A stretch of 32,000 nucleotides of DNA, taken from the NCBI GenBank assembly GCA_001766815.1, contig LYOS01000003.1, positions 85,254 to 117,253 on the forward strand. Direction: 5' to 3'. The notes below the pieces were generated by a model. That model saw nothing but the letters and a program-made list of their open reading frames with translations, was not told the origin of the DNA and did not search any database. Both the position numbers and the translations under genes were made by a program. Positions 23,407 to 32,000 of the stretch are shown here, piece by piece (the first letter of the stretch is position 1; every line of letters starts with the position of its first letter). The DNA comes from Candidatus Syntropharchaeum caldarium (GTDB lineage: Archaea; Halobacteriota; Syntropharchaeia; Syntropharchaeales; Syntropharchaeaceae).

Positions 23407-23415
23407 TTATATAAA
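23407..23415 (+). promoter_or_regulatory. TATA box of the tbp promoter
   Basis: The sequence cgcacgTTATATAAAgg lies about 50 nt upstream of ATG 23464. The expected TSS near 23437 leaves a short leader carrying the AGAGGT RBS at 23451..23456. Confidence 0.6.
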
Positions 23416-23463
23416 GGTATATATACTTGAAGGCAATCACTCTATAACTAAGAGGTAATTTAG

Positions 23464-24012
23464 ATGCCGAAAATTAAAATTGAGAATGTTGTAGCTTCAG
23501 CCGTTATAGGGGATTCACTTGATTTGATAGAGATCGACGTAAAGTTTGATAACGCTGAATATAAGCCTAAAAAGTTCCCAGGGCTTGTATTCAGAACAAA
23601 AGATCCAAAAGCAGCCGCTTTGATATTTCGTTCAGGGAAAGTTGTTTGCACAGGTGCAAAATCCATCAAGGATGTAAATATAGTGGTGAGGCGAATCGCA
23701 GATCTTTTAAGAGAAAAAGGGATTAAGGTCTGGGATGAGCCCACGCTCGTTGTCCAGAATATCGTTGCATCTGCAGACTTAGAGCAGGAACTCAATCTAA
23801 ATGCAATTGCAATGAGTCTGGACCTCGAGAATATCGAGTATGAGCCTGAACAGTTCCCAGGGCTTGTCTATCGCCTCAAGGATCCAAAGGTTGTCGTCCT
23901 TCTCTTTGGGTCGGGCAAACTTGTAATAACCGGCGGCAAGAAACCCGAGGATGCTGAGATAGCGGTGGAAAAGATCAGAAAGGAGCTTACGAAACTGACG
24001 CTCATGGTTTAA
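23464..24012 (+). CDS. tbp: TATA-box binding protein (TBP)
   Basis: 182 aa with two direct repeats: [14 protein letters not shown]...[30 protein letters not shown] and [14 protein letters not shown]...[29 protein letters not shown]. Confidence 0.97.
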   Translation: MPKIKIENVVASAVIGDSLDLIEIDVKFDNAEYKPKKFPGLVFRTKDPKAAALIFRSGKVVCTGAKSIKDVNIVVRRIADLLREKGIKVWDEPTLVVQNIVASADLEQELNLNAIAMSLDLENIEYEPEQFPGLVYRLKDPKVVVLLFGSGKLVITGGKKPEDAEIAVEKIRKELTKLTLMV

Positions 24013-24025
24013 AGTCCTGTTACTG

Positions 24026-24532
24026 ATGGTTTCCCGTGCAATATACTCAACCCTGCTCAATCGATATCTACTATTGACCAAAGAAGAGGGCGGCCTCAGG
24101 CTTAAAATAATAAAGCCTGAAGAATGGATCACTTCAGACCAGTTAAAGGAGAAAAAATGTGAAGATAAGGAATTGTTGCGAGTGATACGTGGTATCAAGG
24201 CTTATTTAGGAGGTCTGAAGGTAGATTTTGGTGGTTGCATGATCAGCATGGATGGGTTAACAGCATTTGAAAGAAATGTCCTGGAGAAGGTTAGAACGAT
24301 CCCCTACGGCATAGTCTGTACATACGCCGATATCGCCAGTTCAATTGGTAATTCAGGTGCTTATCGTGCAGTGGGTACGGCTCTTGGTAAGAATCCTGCA
24401 CCGATCATCGTTCCCTGCCACAGGGTAGTTGCAAAGAATGGTATCGGAGGTTACGCCTTTGGAATCGATATTAAAACTAAGTTACTGAGCCTCGAGGGTA
24501 ACACGATCTGGGGTGATAGAGTTGGTGGGTGA
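24026..24532 (+). CDS. ogt: methylated-DNA--protein-cysteine methyltransferase (Ogt/MGMT)
   Basis: The active-site motif is IIVPCHRVV, preceded by IPYGIVCTYADIA and YRAVGTALGKNP. Confidence 0.9.
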   Translation: MVSRAIYSTLLNRYLLLTKEEGGLRLKIIKPEEWITSDQLKEKKCEDKELLRVIRGIKAYLGGLKVDFGGCMISMDGLTAFERNVLEKVRTIPYGIVCTYADIASSIGNSGAYRAVGTALGKNPAPIIVPCHRVVAKNGIGGYAFGIDIKTKLLSLEGNTIWGDRVGG

Positions 24533-26141
24533 TGACGTATCACCAGAGGAGATACAGGAGTCGAATCTTCTCATAGCGCGTGTTTTTGAGGATATTTTCA
24601 GAACACTTCTTGGGCCAACCGGGGCAAGCAAGCTCATCACTAAAGATATGACAGAAGATGATGTGAGGGAACTTGTATCAAGCAAAGGTTTGTCTATTGC
24701 GCGAGAACTTGCATACGACCATCCAACTGCAGATATACTAATAAAGGCAGGGCGTACACAGGGCAAAGAAGTTGGGGATGGCGTCACGTCTGTATTTATA
24801 CTTACAGGAGAGCTTGTCAGGTTGGGTTTTGAGCTTAAGAAGCTTGGTGTACATCAGAATACAATCATAAAAGGCTACCAGATAGCAGCAGACGAAGCAA
24901 CCCAGTTTATCAGTAAGACTGCAAAACAAGAGCCCGACAACCATGATATCCTGAATGTCGCTCGTTCAGCATTCAAATCTGAAAGAGGGAAGGATGTTGC
25001 AGGTGCTGTCGTTGAAGCACTCGTGCATATCAGGGACGAGGAGAGCGGTGAGATCGACGTTGATGATATCACAATCATTGTTGAGAGTGGCGGGCGTGAA
25101 TCAGAGACCGAGTTTTTTGATGGTGTTATCATAGATCGGAGCGTGCTTGATGATGCTATGCCACACGATCTCGAGGATGCGCGCCTCTTGTTGCTAAATT
25201 TCCCGGTGGAAAAACGGATGCCCCATATCAAAGATCTTAAAGACTTCGATCTTTCAATCACGCCTGGAAGCCCATCAGATATCAAGAGGTTCAGGAATGC
25301 AGAGCAGGAGACGCTTGATAGGATATTTCGCAAAATCGCTGATACAGGTGCGAACGTCCTCTTATGCCAGCAGGCGGTCGATGATGCGATCCTCAATGAT
25401 CTTTCTGCAGCAGGGATTATGACACTCAAGCGCGTCAAGAATACAGATATGAAACGGCTTTCAAAGGTTACAGGGGCGAAGATCGTTGATAAGATCGAAG
25501 ATCTCACTCCTGAAGTGCTCGGTAAAGCCAGACGTGTGTATGAGAAGGATGTTGGGAATGAGAGAATGGTTTTTGTCGATGCGCCAGTCAAAGCAGCAGC
25601 TTCGATTATTGTTCGCGGTGCCACTTCGCATGTGATCGAGGAGGTCGTCTCAGAAGTTAAGAACAGCCTCCATGCTACAAAACTCGTTCTGGAGGGTGCA
25701 CCGATTCTTCCCGGCGGTGGTGCCGTTGAGATTGAGCTTGCAGAGCACCTTAGAACATTTGCAAGGTTATACCCTTCCAGAGAACAGCTTGCGATATCTG
25801 CGTTTGCAGATGCTATCGAGGCAATTCCAGCGGCACTCGCCGAAAATTGTGGCATGGATCCACTTGATACCTTGTTACACCTACGCGCAGCACACGCAGA
25901 GGGTAGAACTACCCGCGGAATCTCTGCTATGCACCATGAACTGAGAGATATGATCGAGGAGGGCATACTTGATCCACTCGATATCAAGCAGACGATGATT
26001 CGGATTGCAACAGGTACAGCATCTGCGATTCTCAATATAGATGATCTTGTCATAGCAAAACGAGAGGTGGATACACGGCTTGATATTGAGAAACGGGCAC
26101 CAGAGCATACATATAAAGGGGGTCGGATAAAGTACGGATGA
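24513..26141 (+). CDS. ths: thermosome (group II chaperonin) subunit, divergent paralog
   Basis: LLGPTGASKLI, DHPTADILIKAGRTQGKEVGDGVTS, ANVLLCQQAVDD, IIVRGATSHVIEE, ILPGGGAVEIELA and ENCGMDPLD align colinearly with thermosome motifs. The GTG start at 24513 overlaps the ogt 3' end by 20 nt, so the start is uncertain (TTG 24522 and GTG 24525 are alternatives). Confidence 0.85.
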   Translation: MIELVGDDVSPEEIQESNLLIARVFEDIFRTLLGPTGASKLITKDMTEDDVRELVSSKGLSIARELAYDHPTADILIKAGRTQGKEVGDGVTSVFILTGELVRLGFELKKLGVHQNTIIKGYQIAADEATQFISKTAKQEPDNHDILNVARSAFKSERGKDVAGAVVEALVHIRDEESGEIDVDDITIIVESGGRESETEFFDGVIIDRSVLDDAMPHDLEDARLLLLNFPVEKRMPHIKDLKDFDLSITPGSPSDIKRFRNAEQETLDRIFRKIADTGANVLLCQQAVDDAILNDLSAAGIMTLKRVKNTDMKRLSKVTGAKIVDKIEDLTPEVLGKARRVYEKDVGNERMVFVDAPVKAAASIIVRGATSHVIEEVVSEVKNSLHATKLVLEGAPILPGGGAVEIELAEHLRTFARLYPSREQLAISAFADAIEAIPAALAENCGMDPLDTLLHLRAAHAEGRTTRGISAMHHELRDMIEEGILDPLDIKQTMIRIATGTASAILNIDDLVIAKREVDTRLDIEKRAPEHTYKGGRIKYG

Positions 26142-26165
26142 AGTAAAGAGAGCGGTGATTGAGAG

Positions 26166-27002
26166 ATGAAAGTATCTGATCTGATGACGAAGGAAGTGTA
26201 TTATGTCACGCTTCCAGGTAGCAGGGACGATGTCCTGAAAATCCTGACCGAGAAACAGGTATCAGGAGTACCTGTTTTGAAAGATGAAAAAATTGCTGGT
26301 ATTGTGACCAGGTCTGACCTGTTTGATAATCCAGAAGAGGATCAGCTTGCACTCCTTATGACGCGTTACCTGGTAACGATCGATCCCGATGCATCGATCA
26401 GGGACGCTGTTACACTTCTTGTTGAGTATGATATCAGGCGACTCCCAGTCATAACGATCGATGGTACACTCGTTGGTATCCTCACTGTAGAAGATCTGAT
26501 AAAACTCATTGCAGAGTGCAACTTTGATGAGGAGATAAAACCGTACCTCACACGGGGAGTTTTGACTGTATGGGAGGAAACACCGCTCACAGTTGTTGGA
26601 AGAACAATGGAACTGGCAGGAGAGCGAGCGGCATGTGTAATCAACTCAAATGAGAGGCTTTCAGGACTTATCACCGATCGCGATCTGATACAAGCAGCGA
26701 TCGTCAAGGATTCAACTGAGCGTTCAGATAGCACAGGTACATCTGATATGGATTCATGGTCATGGGAAGGGGTGCGAGACATGCATACATTTTACTATGG
26801 CGTCTCACGAATTCGGTTACCTCCTATTCCTGTAAAAGATGTGATGATACGGGATTTAGTTACCGCATCCACGGATGCTGGCGTGAGTGAGTGCGCAAAA
26901 AAAATGGTGAAGTACGATTTTGACCAGCTCCCAATAATAGACGAGAATAACCGATTGATCGCACTTCTTAGAGATAAGGATCTTTTGAAGGTATTGATAT
27001 AG
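26166..27002 (+). CDS. CBS-domain protein (four tandem CBS motifs)
   Basis: The CBS pattern recurs, for example DLMTKEVYYV...SGVPVLKDEKIAGIVTRSDL, ...RRLPVITIDGTLVGILTVEDL, ...AACVINSNERLSGLITDRDL and ...DQLPIIDENNRLIALLRDKDL. Confidence 0.85.
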   Translation: MKVSDLMTKEVYYVTLPGSRDDVLKILTEKQVSGVPVLKDEKIAGIVTRSDLFDNPEEDQLALLMTRYLVTIDPDASIRDAVTLLVEYDIRRLPVITIDGTLVGILTVEDLIKLIAECNFDEEIKPYLTRGVLTVWEETPLTVVGRTMELAGERAACVINSNERLSGLITDRDLIQAAIVKDSTERSDSTGTSDMDSWSWEGVRDMHTFYYGVSRIRLPPIPVKDVMIRDLVTASTDAGVSECAKKMVKYDFDQLPIIDENNRLIALLRDKDLLKVLI

Positions 27003-27008
27003 TGTAAT

Positions 27009-29417
27009 ATGAACACCACGCTCGATATGTACTTTCATGATGTGGCAACAGATCACAACCTGCAGAGTATGACCACCGAGTTTGGGATCACACAGATCGG
27101 ATACAGCCTTGATGAGGAAGGGTATCCACTGATAAATCTCTATTGCAGAGACAGAACTGGCGAGTTCAGGCAGATCGATGTCACCGGGTTTCAGCCGTAT
27201 TTTTACATCGCAGCCAGTCCAGAGGAGATCTCTGAGTTGATTGAAGATCCACGCGTTGTGGATATTGTTGAGGATGATTACCGCACGATCAACGACATAA
27301 AAGTTTACAAAGTCATAACAAAAAAACCTTCTGATGTTAAGGAGTTGAGAGAAGGTTACAAACATTTTGAGGCGGATATTTTATTTACGACTCGTTTTTT
27401 GATTGACACTGGGATCAAAAGTGGAGTAAAAGCTCCAGATAAGGATATGGTCCATGTCAACGATCTTGAGCCTGTAGAGATCGATTATCCATGCCGCATC
27501 AGTGTAATTGATATTGAATGTGATGATAGAAACGGCTTTCCACAACCAGAACGCGATCCCGTCATCTGTATAACTGCATGGGATAGTTTTGATGACGAGT
27601 ACACCACATTTATCTGGCCATATAAGCAGAAGAGTGAGGAACAAATGTTTGAGGCATTTCTTGCCTATATACAGGCAAAAGATCCTGATATACTTACAGG
27701 CTGGAACTTCACAAACTTCGATGCGCCGTATATAATCGATCGACTGAAAGCGCTCGGAATCGATCCATCTCCGCTCTCAAGAGAGGGTGTTGTGAAAACC
27801 AGATCAGGACAGTTCTCGCCCGCGATGATAAAGGGGCGTGTACTCTTCGATCTTCTCTATGGATACAAGAAAATGCAACCCACGCAGAAAGAGAGCTACA
27901 GACTTGACTGGATCGCAGAAAATGAACTTGGCGAGCAAAAACACCATTTTGCAGGTAGTCTGGGCGATTTATGGGAGAAAAATCCCGAAGAGCTTATAAA
28001 ATACAACCGCAAGGACGTTGAACTCTGCGTTAAGATTGACCAGAAGAATGATATAATCGGGTTCTCGAAGGAGGTTGCAAACTTTGTGGGGTGCACGATC
28101 GAGGATACGCTTAACTCGTCACGGGTGATCGATACGTACGTCCTCAGAAAGTCCTATCGCAGGTTTGTCCTGCCGTCAAAACAGGGTGAGTTTAAAGGGG
28201 AGTTCGAGGGCGCGGTTGTATTAAGCCCAATCAGAGGTGTTAGAGAGAATGTCATCGTTCTCGATCTTGCATCGCTTTATCCAATGTCAATGATGACTCT
28301 GAATGCTTCACCGGAGACCAAAGCTCCAGATGGTGAGATTGTTGCACCGAATGGTATTCGCTTCAGGAAATCTCCTGATGGACTCACAAGGTCAATTTTG
28401 AAGGAGCTCATTGAGTCAAGGGATGAGAAGAAGGCAATTCGGGATCGGTATCCATTTGGATCGGATGAGTATCGGAGATACGATCTCCAGCAGGCTGCGA
28501 TCAAGGTAATAACAAATTCATATTATGGCGTGAGTGGTTACCCGAGATTCAGGCTCTATGATCGGGATATTGCATCAGCAACAACTTCTGTTGGCAGAGC
28601 GATCATCCAGCACACGAAATCAGTGATCGAAGGACTTGGATATGAGGTTGTTTATGGTGATACTGACTCCTGCATGGTAACAATTGGTCCTGGGAAGAGT
28701 CTGGATGAGACTATTGAGACGGGGCAGATGATCGAGAAGCGGGTGAACGAGAGTTATGATGAATTTGCAAAAACCCTCAACGTCGATCATCACTACTTCA
28801 GAATCAAGTTCGAGAAGGTTTATTCAAGGTTCTTTCAGGCAGGTAGGAAGAAGCGATACGCTGGTAAACTTGTCTGGAAGGAGGGTAAGTTCACAGATCA
28901 GCTTGATATTACTGGTTTTGAGTTCAAGCGCAGTGATTTCCCGACAATCACAAAAGAGGTCCAGAAAGAAGTTATAAAGCGTATCCTCGATGGCGAGGAT
29001 TTTAATGAGATTGGAGAATACCTGAGAGGTGTAATCTCAAAATTTGAGAAGGGTGAGCTATCGCTCGATGATATCGGAATCCCAGGAGGAATACAGAAGC
29101 GTCTTTATAGCTATGCAAACGATGATGCCCATATACGCGGTGCAAAATATGCAAATACGCACTTTGGAACGAACTTTGGTAGAGGTGGTAAGCCAAAGCG
29201 AATTTATATCGCACGCGTTCCTGAAGGTTACCCACGAACCGACGTTATCTGTTTTGAGTATGAGGATCAGGTGCCAGATGGGTTTGTGCCAGACTGGAAG
29301 ATGATGCTTGAAAAGACAATCAAAAACCCGATTGAGCGGATACTTGAGGCGATGGGTTGGTCGTGGACTGAGATCAAGTCGGGTAAGAAGCAGATAGGAT
29401 TGGATGGGTTTTTTTGA
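27009..29417 (+). CDS. polB: DNA polymerase, family B (PolB)
   Basis: Exo I is VIDIECDD, Exo II is GWNFTNFDAPYI and Exo III is YNRKDVEL. Pol motif A is DLASLYPMSMM, motif B is KVITNSYYG and motif C is VVYGDTDS. The product is 802 aa with no intein. Confidence 0.95.
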   Translation: MNTTLDMYFHDVATDHNLQSMTTEFGITQIGYSLDEEGYPLINLYCRDRTGEFRQIDVTGFQPYFYIAASPEEISELIEDPRVVDIVEDDYRTINDIKVYKVITKKPSDVKELREGYKHFEADILFTTRFLIDTGIKSGVKAPDKDMVHVNDLEPVEIDYPCRISVIDIECDDRNGFPQPERDPVICITAWDSFDDEYTTFIWPYKQKSEEQMFEAFLAYIQAKDPDILTGWNFTNFDAPYIIDRLKALGIDPSPLSREGVVKTRSGQFSPAMIKGRVLFDLLYGYKKMQPTQKESYRLDWIAENELGEQKHHFAGSLGDLWEKNPEELIKYNRKDVELCVKIDQKNDIIGFSKEVANFVGCTIEDTLNSSRVIDTYVLRKSYRRFVLPSKQGEFKGEFEGAVVLSPIRGVRENVIVLDLASLYPMSMMTLNASPETKAPDGEIVAPNGIRFRKSPDGLTRSILKELIESRDEKKAIRDRYPFGSDEYRRYDLQQAAIKVITNSYYGVSGYPRFRLYDRDIASATTSVGRAIIQHTKSVIEGLGYEVVYGDTDSCMVTIGPGKSLDETIETGQMIEKRVNESYDEFAKTLNVDHHYFRIKFEKVYSRFFQAGRKKRYAGKLVWKEGKFTDQLDITGFEFKRSDFPTITKEVQKEVIKRILDGEDFNEIGEYLRGVISKFEKGELSLDDIGIPGGIQKRLYSYANDDAHIRGAKYANTHFGTNFGRGGKPKRIYIARVPEGYPRTDVICFEYEDQVPDGFVPDWKMMLEKTIKNPIERILEAMGWSWTEIKSGKKQIGLDGFF

Positions 29418-29582
29418 GTGGAGAGATCCAGGGTTTCGTGATTTTCCACAGGGGTTTGAGATAGCACGGCAATCTCGAGTAGCCACTTAGAAATGGGATT
29501 TTTCAGCCGATTTTAGCCTTACTTTCTCAAAATGATATTTAGTAAGTTTCATATAATTTGTGGTTGTTAAATCTGTGGAGCG

Positions 29583-30731
29583 ATGAGTATGAGCACAAGT
29601 ATGAGGTTAGAATCTTTAGATATGGCCACAACCCGCTGGGAGGATGAACTCAAGGACAATATTAATTCGATCAACGATCTGAAAGAGTATGTAAAACTGT
29701 CACCACAAGAAGAAAAAAAACTCCAAAAAGTTGTGGAAAGGCACCCGATGAGTGTCAGCAGATATTATCTTTCCTTGATCGATTGGGACGACCCGAACGA
29801 CCCCATTCGGCGTATGGCGATACCACACGCAGATGAACTTGACCTTGCGGGTTCTTATGATACGAGTGGTGAGCGTGAAAATACAAAGATGCCGGGCCTG
29901 CAGCATAAGTACGCCCAGACAGCTCTTATTCTGGCTACAAACAGGTGTACAACCTACTGCAGGCATTGTTTCAGGAAACGGTTGATCGGTCTGCCAAACC
30001 ATGAGGTGATAAGCAGGTTTGAGGTTGCAGCAAAATACATCAGTGAACATGAATCGATCAACAACGTCCTGATCAGTGGTGGTGATCCCCTTCTGTTGCC
30101 AACAGACGTAATCGAACGGATGCTTGAAATACTGAACGAGATTGAACATATTAAGTTCATTCGATTTGGTAGCAGAGTTCCTGTGACGTTTCCTGCACGG
30201 ATTTTAAAGGATTGTGAACTCCTCGATTTGTTAAAGGTTCACTCGCGTGAAGATAGGCGAGTATATGTTGTCACCCAGTTCAACCATCCGCGTGAGATCA
30301 CAAACCAGTCAACTGGGGCTGTGGATCGCCTGATAAGATCGGGTGTTCCTGTGAACAACCAGACGGTTTTGCTCAGAGGCGTGAACGATGATCCAGCGAC
30401 CATGGCAGAACTTCAGAACAACCTGATTGCAATCGGTGTAAATCCATACTACGTCTTCCAGTGCAGACCTGTGAAGCGTGTTAAGCACCACTTTCAGGTT
30501 CCATTGGCCAGGGGATATGAGATTATCGAGAATGCCAAGAGCAGCCTCAACGGTCATAGCAAGCGGTTCAGGTACATCATGTCCCACAAATCTGGCAAGA
30601 TCGAGATCGTTGGAATCATGGATGACGAGATCTACCTCAAATACCATCAGGCAAAAAACCCCAGGAAGATTGGAATGTTTTTCAAGCGAAAACTGACGAG
30701 AGATGCCGGCTGGCTTGATGATCTAAAGTGA
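29583..30731 (+). CDS. KamA-family radical SAM aminomutase-like protein (lysine 2,3-aminomutase family)
   Basis: The radical-SAM cluster is CTTYCRHCFRKR (CxxxCxxC). The KamA-type context includes LQHKYAQTALILATNRC, VLISGGDPLLL, IRFGSRVPV, VTQFNHPREIT and NQTVLLRGVNDD. Confidence 0.8.
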   Translation: MSMSTSMRLESLDMATTRWEDELKDNINSINDLKEYVKLSPQEEKKLQKVVERHPMSVSRYYLSLIDWDDPNDPIRRMAIPHADELDLAGSYDTSGERENTKMPGLQHKYAQTALILATNRCTTYCRHCFRKRLIGLPNHEVISRFEVAAKYISEHESINNVLISGGDPLLLPTDVIERMLEILNEIEHIKFIRFGSRVPVTFPARILKDCELLDLLKVHSREDRRVYVVTQFNHPREITNQSTGAVDRLIRSGVPVNNQTVLLRGVNDDPATMAELQNNLIAIGVNPYYVFQCRPVKRVKHHFQVPLARGYEIIENAKSSLNGHSKRFRYIMSHKSGKIEIVGIMDDEIYLKYHQAKNPRKIGMFFKRKLTRDAGWLDDLK

Positions 30732-30740
30732 GTTTTAGCT

Positions 30741-30752
30741 CTTTTTATTTTT
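30741..30752 (+). terminator. oligo-T terminator candidate after the radical-SAM gene
   Basis: cTTTTTaTTTTT begins 10 nt after the stop codon (30729..30731). Confidence 0.45.
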
Positions 30753-30830
30753 AAACTGAGGTGCCTGGTGTATTTTAGTTAACCATAGTTAAGAGTGTAG
30801 CTTTAAAAAAAGACGTTTGAAATCGAAAAG

Positions 30831-30839
30831 TTTATTAAT
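30831..30839 (+). promoter_or_regulatory. TATA-like element upstream of the multihaem cytochrome gene
   Basis: aaagTTTATTAATgc lies about 55 nt upstream of the ATG cluster at 30888/30894/30900, with a GGTGG RBS at 30882..30886. A second TATA-like element, actatataagaa at 30867..30878, could instead drive a leaderless start at 30900. Confidence 0.35.
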
Positions 30840-30887
30840 GCAGCATCGTGATGTTGAGTCAGCTATACTATATAAGAATATGGTGGA

Positions 30888-32000
30888 ATGAGAATGAAAA
30901 TGACTGTCAAATCATTCGGATTAGTGTTAATGGTGATATTACTTCTATTGCTGGCAGGGACTGCATCTGGTTCTTCAGAGCAGTGTAAAGCCTGTCACAG
31001 TGATATCTACGAGAGCTGGGCAGAGACAGACCATGCCACAACTGTCGGAGACGAATCTCTCGGTCTTAGTTGTGAAAACTGTCATTCAACGACCTATTCA
31101 GATGGTACCACCGCAAATGGAGTTCAGTGTGAGCGTTGCCACGAAGTTGGACCTGATCATCTTGCAACAGGTGCAGTGACAGAGGGAATGATCGACTGGT
31201 CTGCTGATCTCTGCGGAGACTGCCATAGTGGTGGTCATGCCGGACAATACGATGGATGGAAGCTATCTGGACATGCAAGGTCGCTGGAGATTACCGATCC
31301 AAAGTGCCGCTCATGTCACGTTGGACAATCAGCAACGATGGAACTCTTTAATGGAAAGACTAAAATGCCCCCTGTTGACAATCCTCAGCCAATTGACTGT
31401 CAGACCTGCCATGACCCCCATGGTAGCGCAAACCAGAACGATCTGAGAGCACCGCTCGATGAAATCTGTGAAAAGTGTCACACAACAAAGGATGTTAAAT
31501 TACGTGGAGAGGTGGAGCATCCTCAGGCAGCTATGTATGAGGGTAGCATCATGGATCAGTATGGTGTCAAGTGTTATGACTGTCATGCTTACACGAACCG
31601 AACTGGATACGAACCCAAACTTCTTGGTGGGCATACCTTCAAGCCGGCTATGGCGTCGTGCATAGACCCAAATTGTCATCCAGACAAAGATATTGAATGG
31701 AGTGAGCGATCGGTTGAGGTTGCACAAGATGCGATCAGAGATAAGATCGAAGAAACTGCTGCTTTGGTGAATGCAGTTGATGCAGCGATCTCGAACGCCT
31801 ATCCTTCATGGGATGGAACCGCTGAAAGTATAGCAACAGAGGATGCTAACATTAATACAGCGGTTGAAAAGTTCATTGAGGCGCGCGATAAACTTGCGTT
31901 CGTGGAAGGTGATGGATCATTGGGCTTCCACAACCGCATTAAGGCACAAAAAATGCTTGAGGAGGCGCAGGAACTTGCACATGAAAGTATAGTACTCCTT
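30888..32000 (+). CDS. secreted multihaem c-type cytochrome (8 CxxCH plus 1 CxxxxCH in the visible part); 3' end runs off the right edge
   Basis: My own translation: MRMKMTVKSFGLVLMVILLLLLAGTASGSSEQCKACHSDIYESW... The frame is open for 371 codons to the window end. Haem motifs are CKACH, CENCH, CERCH, CGDCH, CRSCH, CQTCH, CEKCH, CYDCH and CIDPNCH (30984..31679). A signal peptide is present. The C-terminal helical part with GSLGFHN resembles the NrfA/octahaem cytochrome family tail. It is not in the ORF track because no stop lies in the window. The start could be 30888, 30894 or 30900. Confidence 0.85.
   Translation, partial: MRMKMTVKSFGLVLMVILLLLLAGTASGSSEQCKACHSDIYESWAETDHATTVGDESLGLSCENCHSTTYSDGTTANGVQCERCHEVGPDHLATGAVTEGMIDWSADLCGDCHSGGHAGQYDGWKLSGHARSLEITDPKCRSCHVGQSATMELFNGKTKMPPVDNPQPIDCQTCHDPHGSANQNDLRAPLDEICEKCHTTKDVKLRGEVEHPQAAMYEGSIMDQYGVKCYDCHAYTNRTGYEPKLLGGHTFKPAMASCIDPNCHPDKDIEWSERSVEVAQDAIRDKIEETAALVNAVDAAISNAYPSWDGTAESIATEDANINTAVEKFIEARDKLAFVEGDGSLGFHNRIKAQKMLEEAQELAHESIVLL

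Noticed and set aside
24875-26053. 392-aa minus-strand ORF
   Set aside because: It lies entirely antisense to the thermosome gene, its composition is Ser/Ile/Ala-rich low complexity, and it has no motifs.
1-32000. The possibility that the window comes from a plasmid, virus or Borg-like extrachromosomal element, given PolB, rpl11, a multihaem cytochrome and repeats
   Set aside because: The window carries a full complement of single-copy housekeeping genes (TBP, TFB, L1/P0/P1, TyrRS, topA, thermosome, tRNAs) on both strands and has moderate G+C. That fits a chromosome.
1-32000. In-frame TAG (pyrrolysine), TGA (selenocysteine) or frameshifted genes, inteins in PolB, rRNA genes
   Set aside because: All called genes are intact single ORFs of expected length. 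PolB, at 802 aa, has contiguous motifs A-C with no intein-sized insertion. No rRNA-like sequence was seen.

Overview
This is a 32-kb archaeal chromosomal segment. TFB, TBP, a thermosome subunit, family-B DNA polymerase, the L11-L1-P0-P1 stalk operon, archaeal-type TyrRS and an NMD3 homolog are all present. A multihaem c-type cytochrome at the right edge, plus moderate G+C, suggests a Methanosarcinales/ANME-2-like organism, but that is inference only. Positions 1-14554 are coded entirely on the minus strand, and from 14.6 kb onward genes are mostly on the plus strand. I call 29 CDS, including two edge-truncated ones absent from the ORF track: a TPR-like repeat protein at 1-1251(-) and a multihaem cytochrome at 30888-32000(+). 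I also hand-folded two tandem tRNA-Glu genes. The most interesting region is 5056-11275(-), a tightly overlapped five-gene operon. It pairs two very divergent tubulin/FtsZ/CetZ-superfamily proteins (863 aa with a long coiled-coil extension; 299 aa with a degenerate GGEIGGT signature) with three membrane-anchored coiled-coil proteins. I read it as a candidate uncharacterised cytoskeletal or membrane-remodelling module. Immediately downstream, a 3.45-kb two-gene cassette (secreted PHP+PKD protein and a small membrane protein) is largely AT-rich, has its own TATA box, and is bracketed by 138-bp direct repeats that duplicate the 3' end of the operon's last gene. No CRISPR array, transposase, integrase or rRNA was seen.
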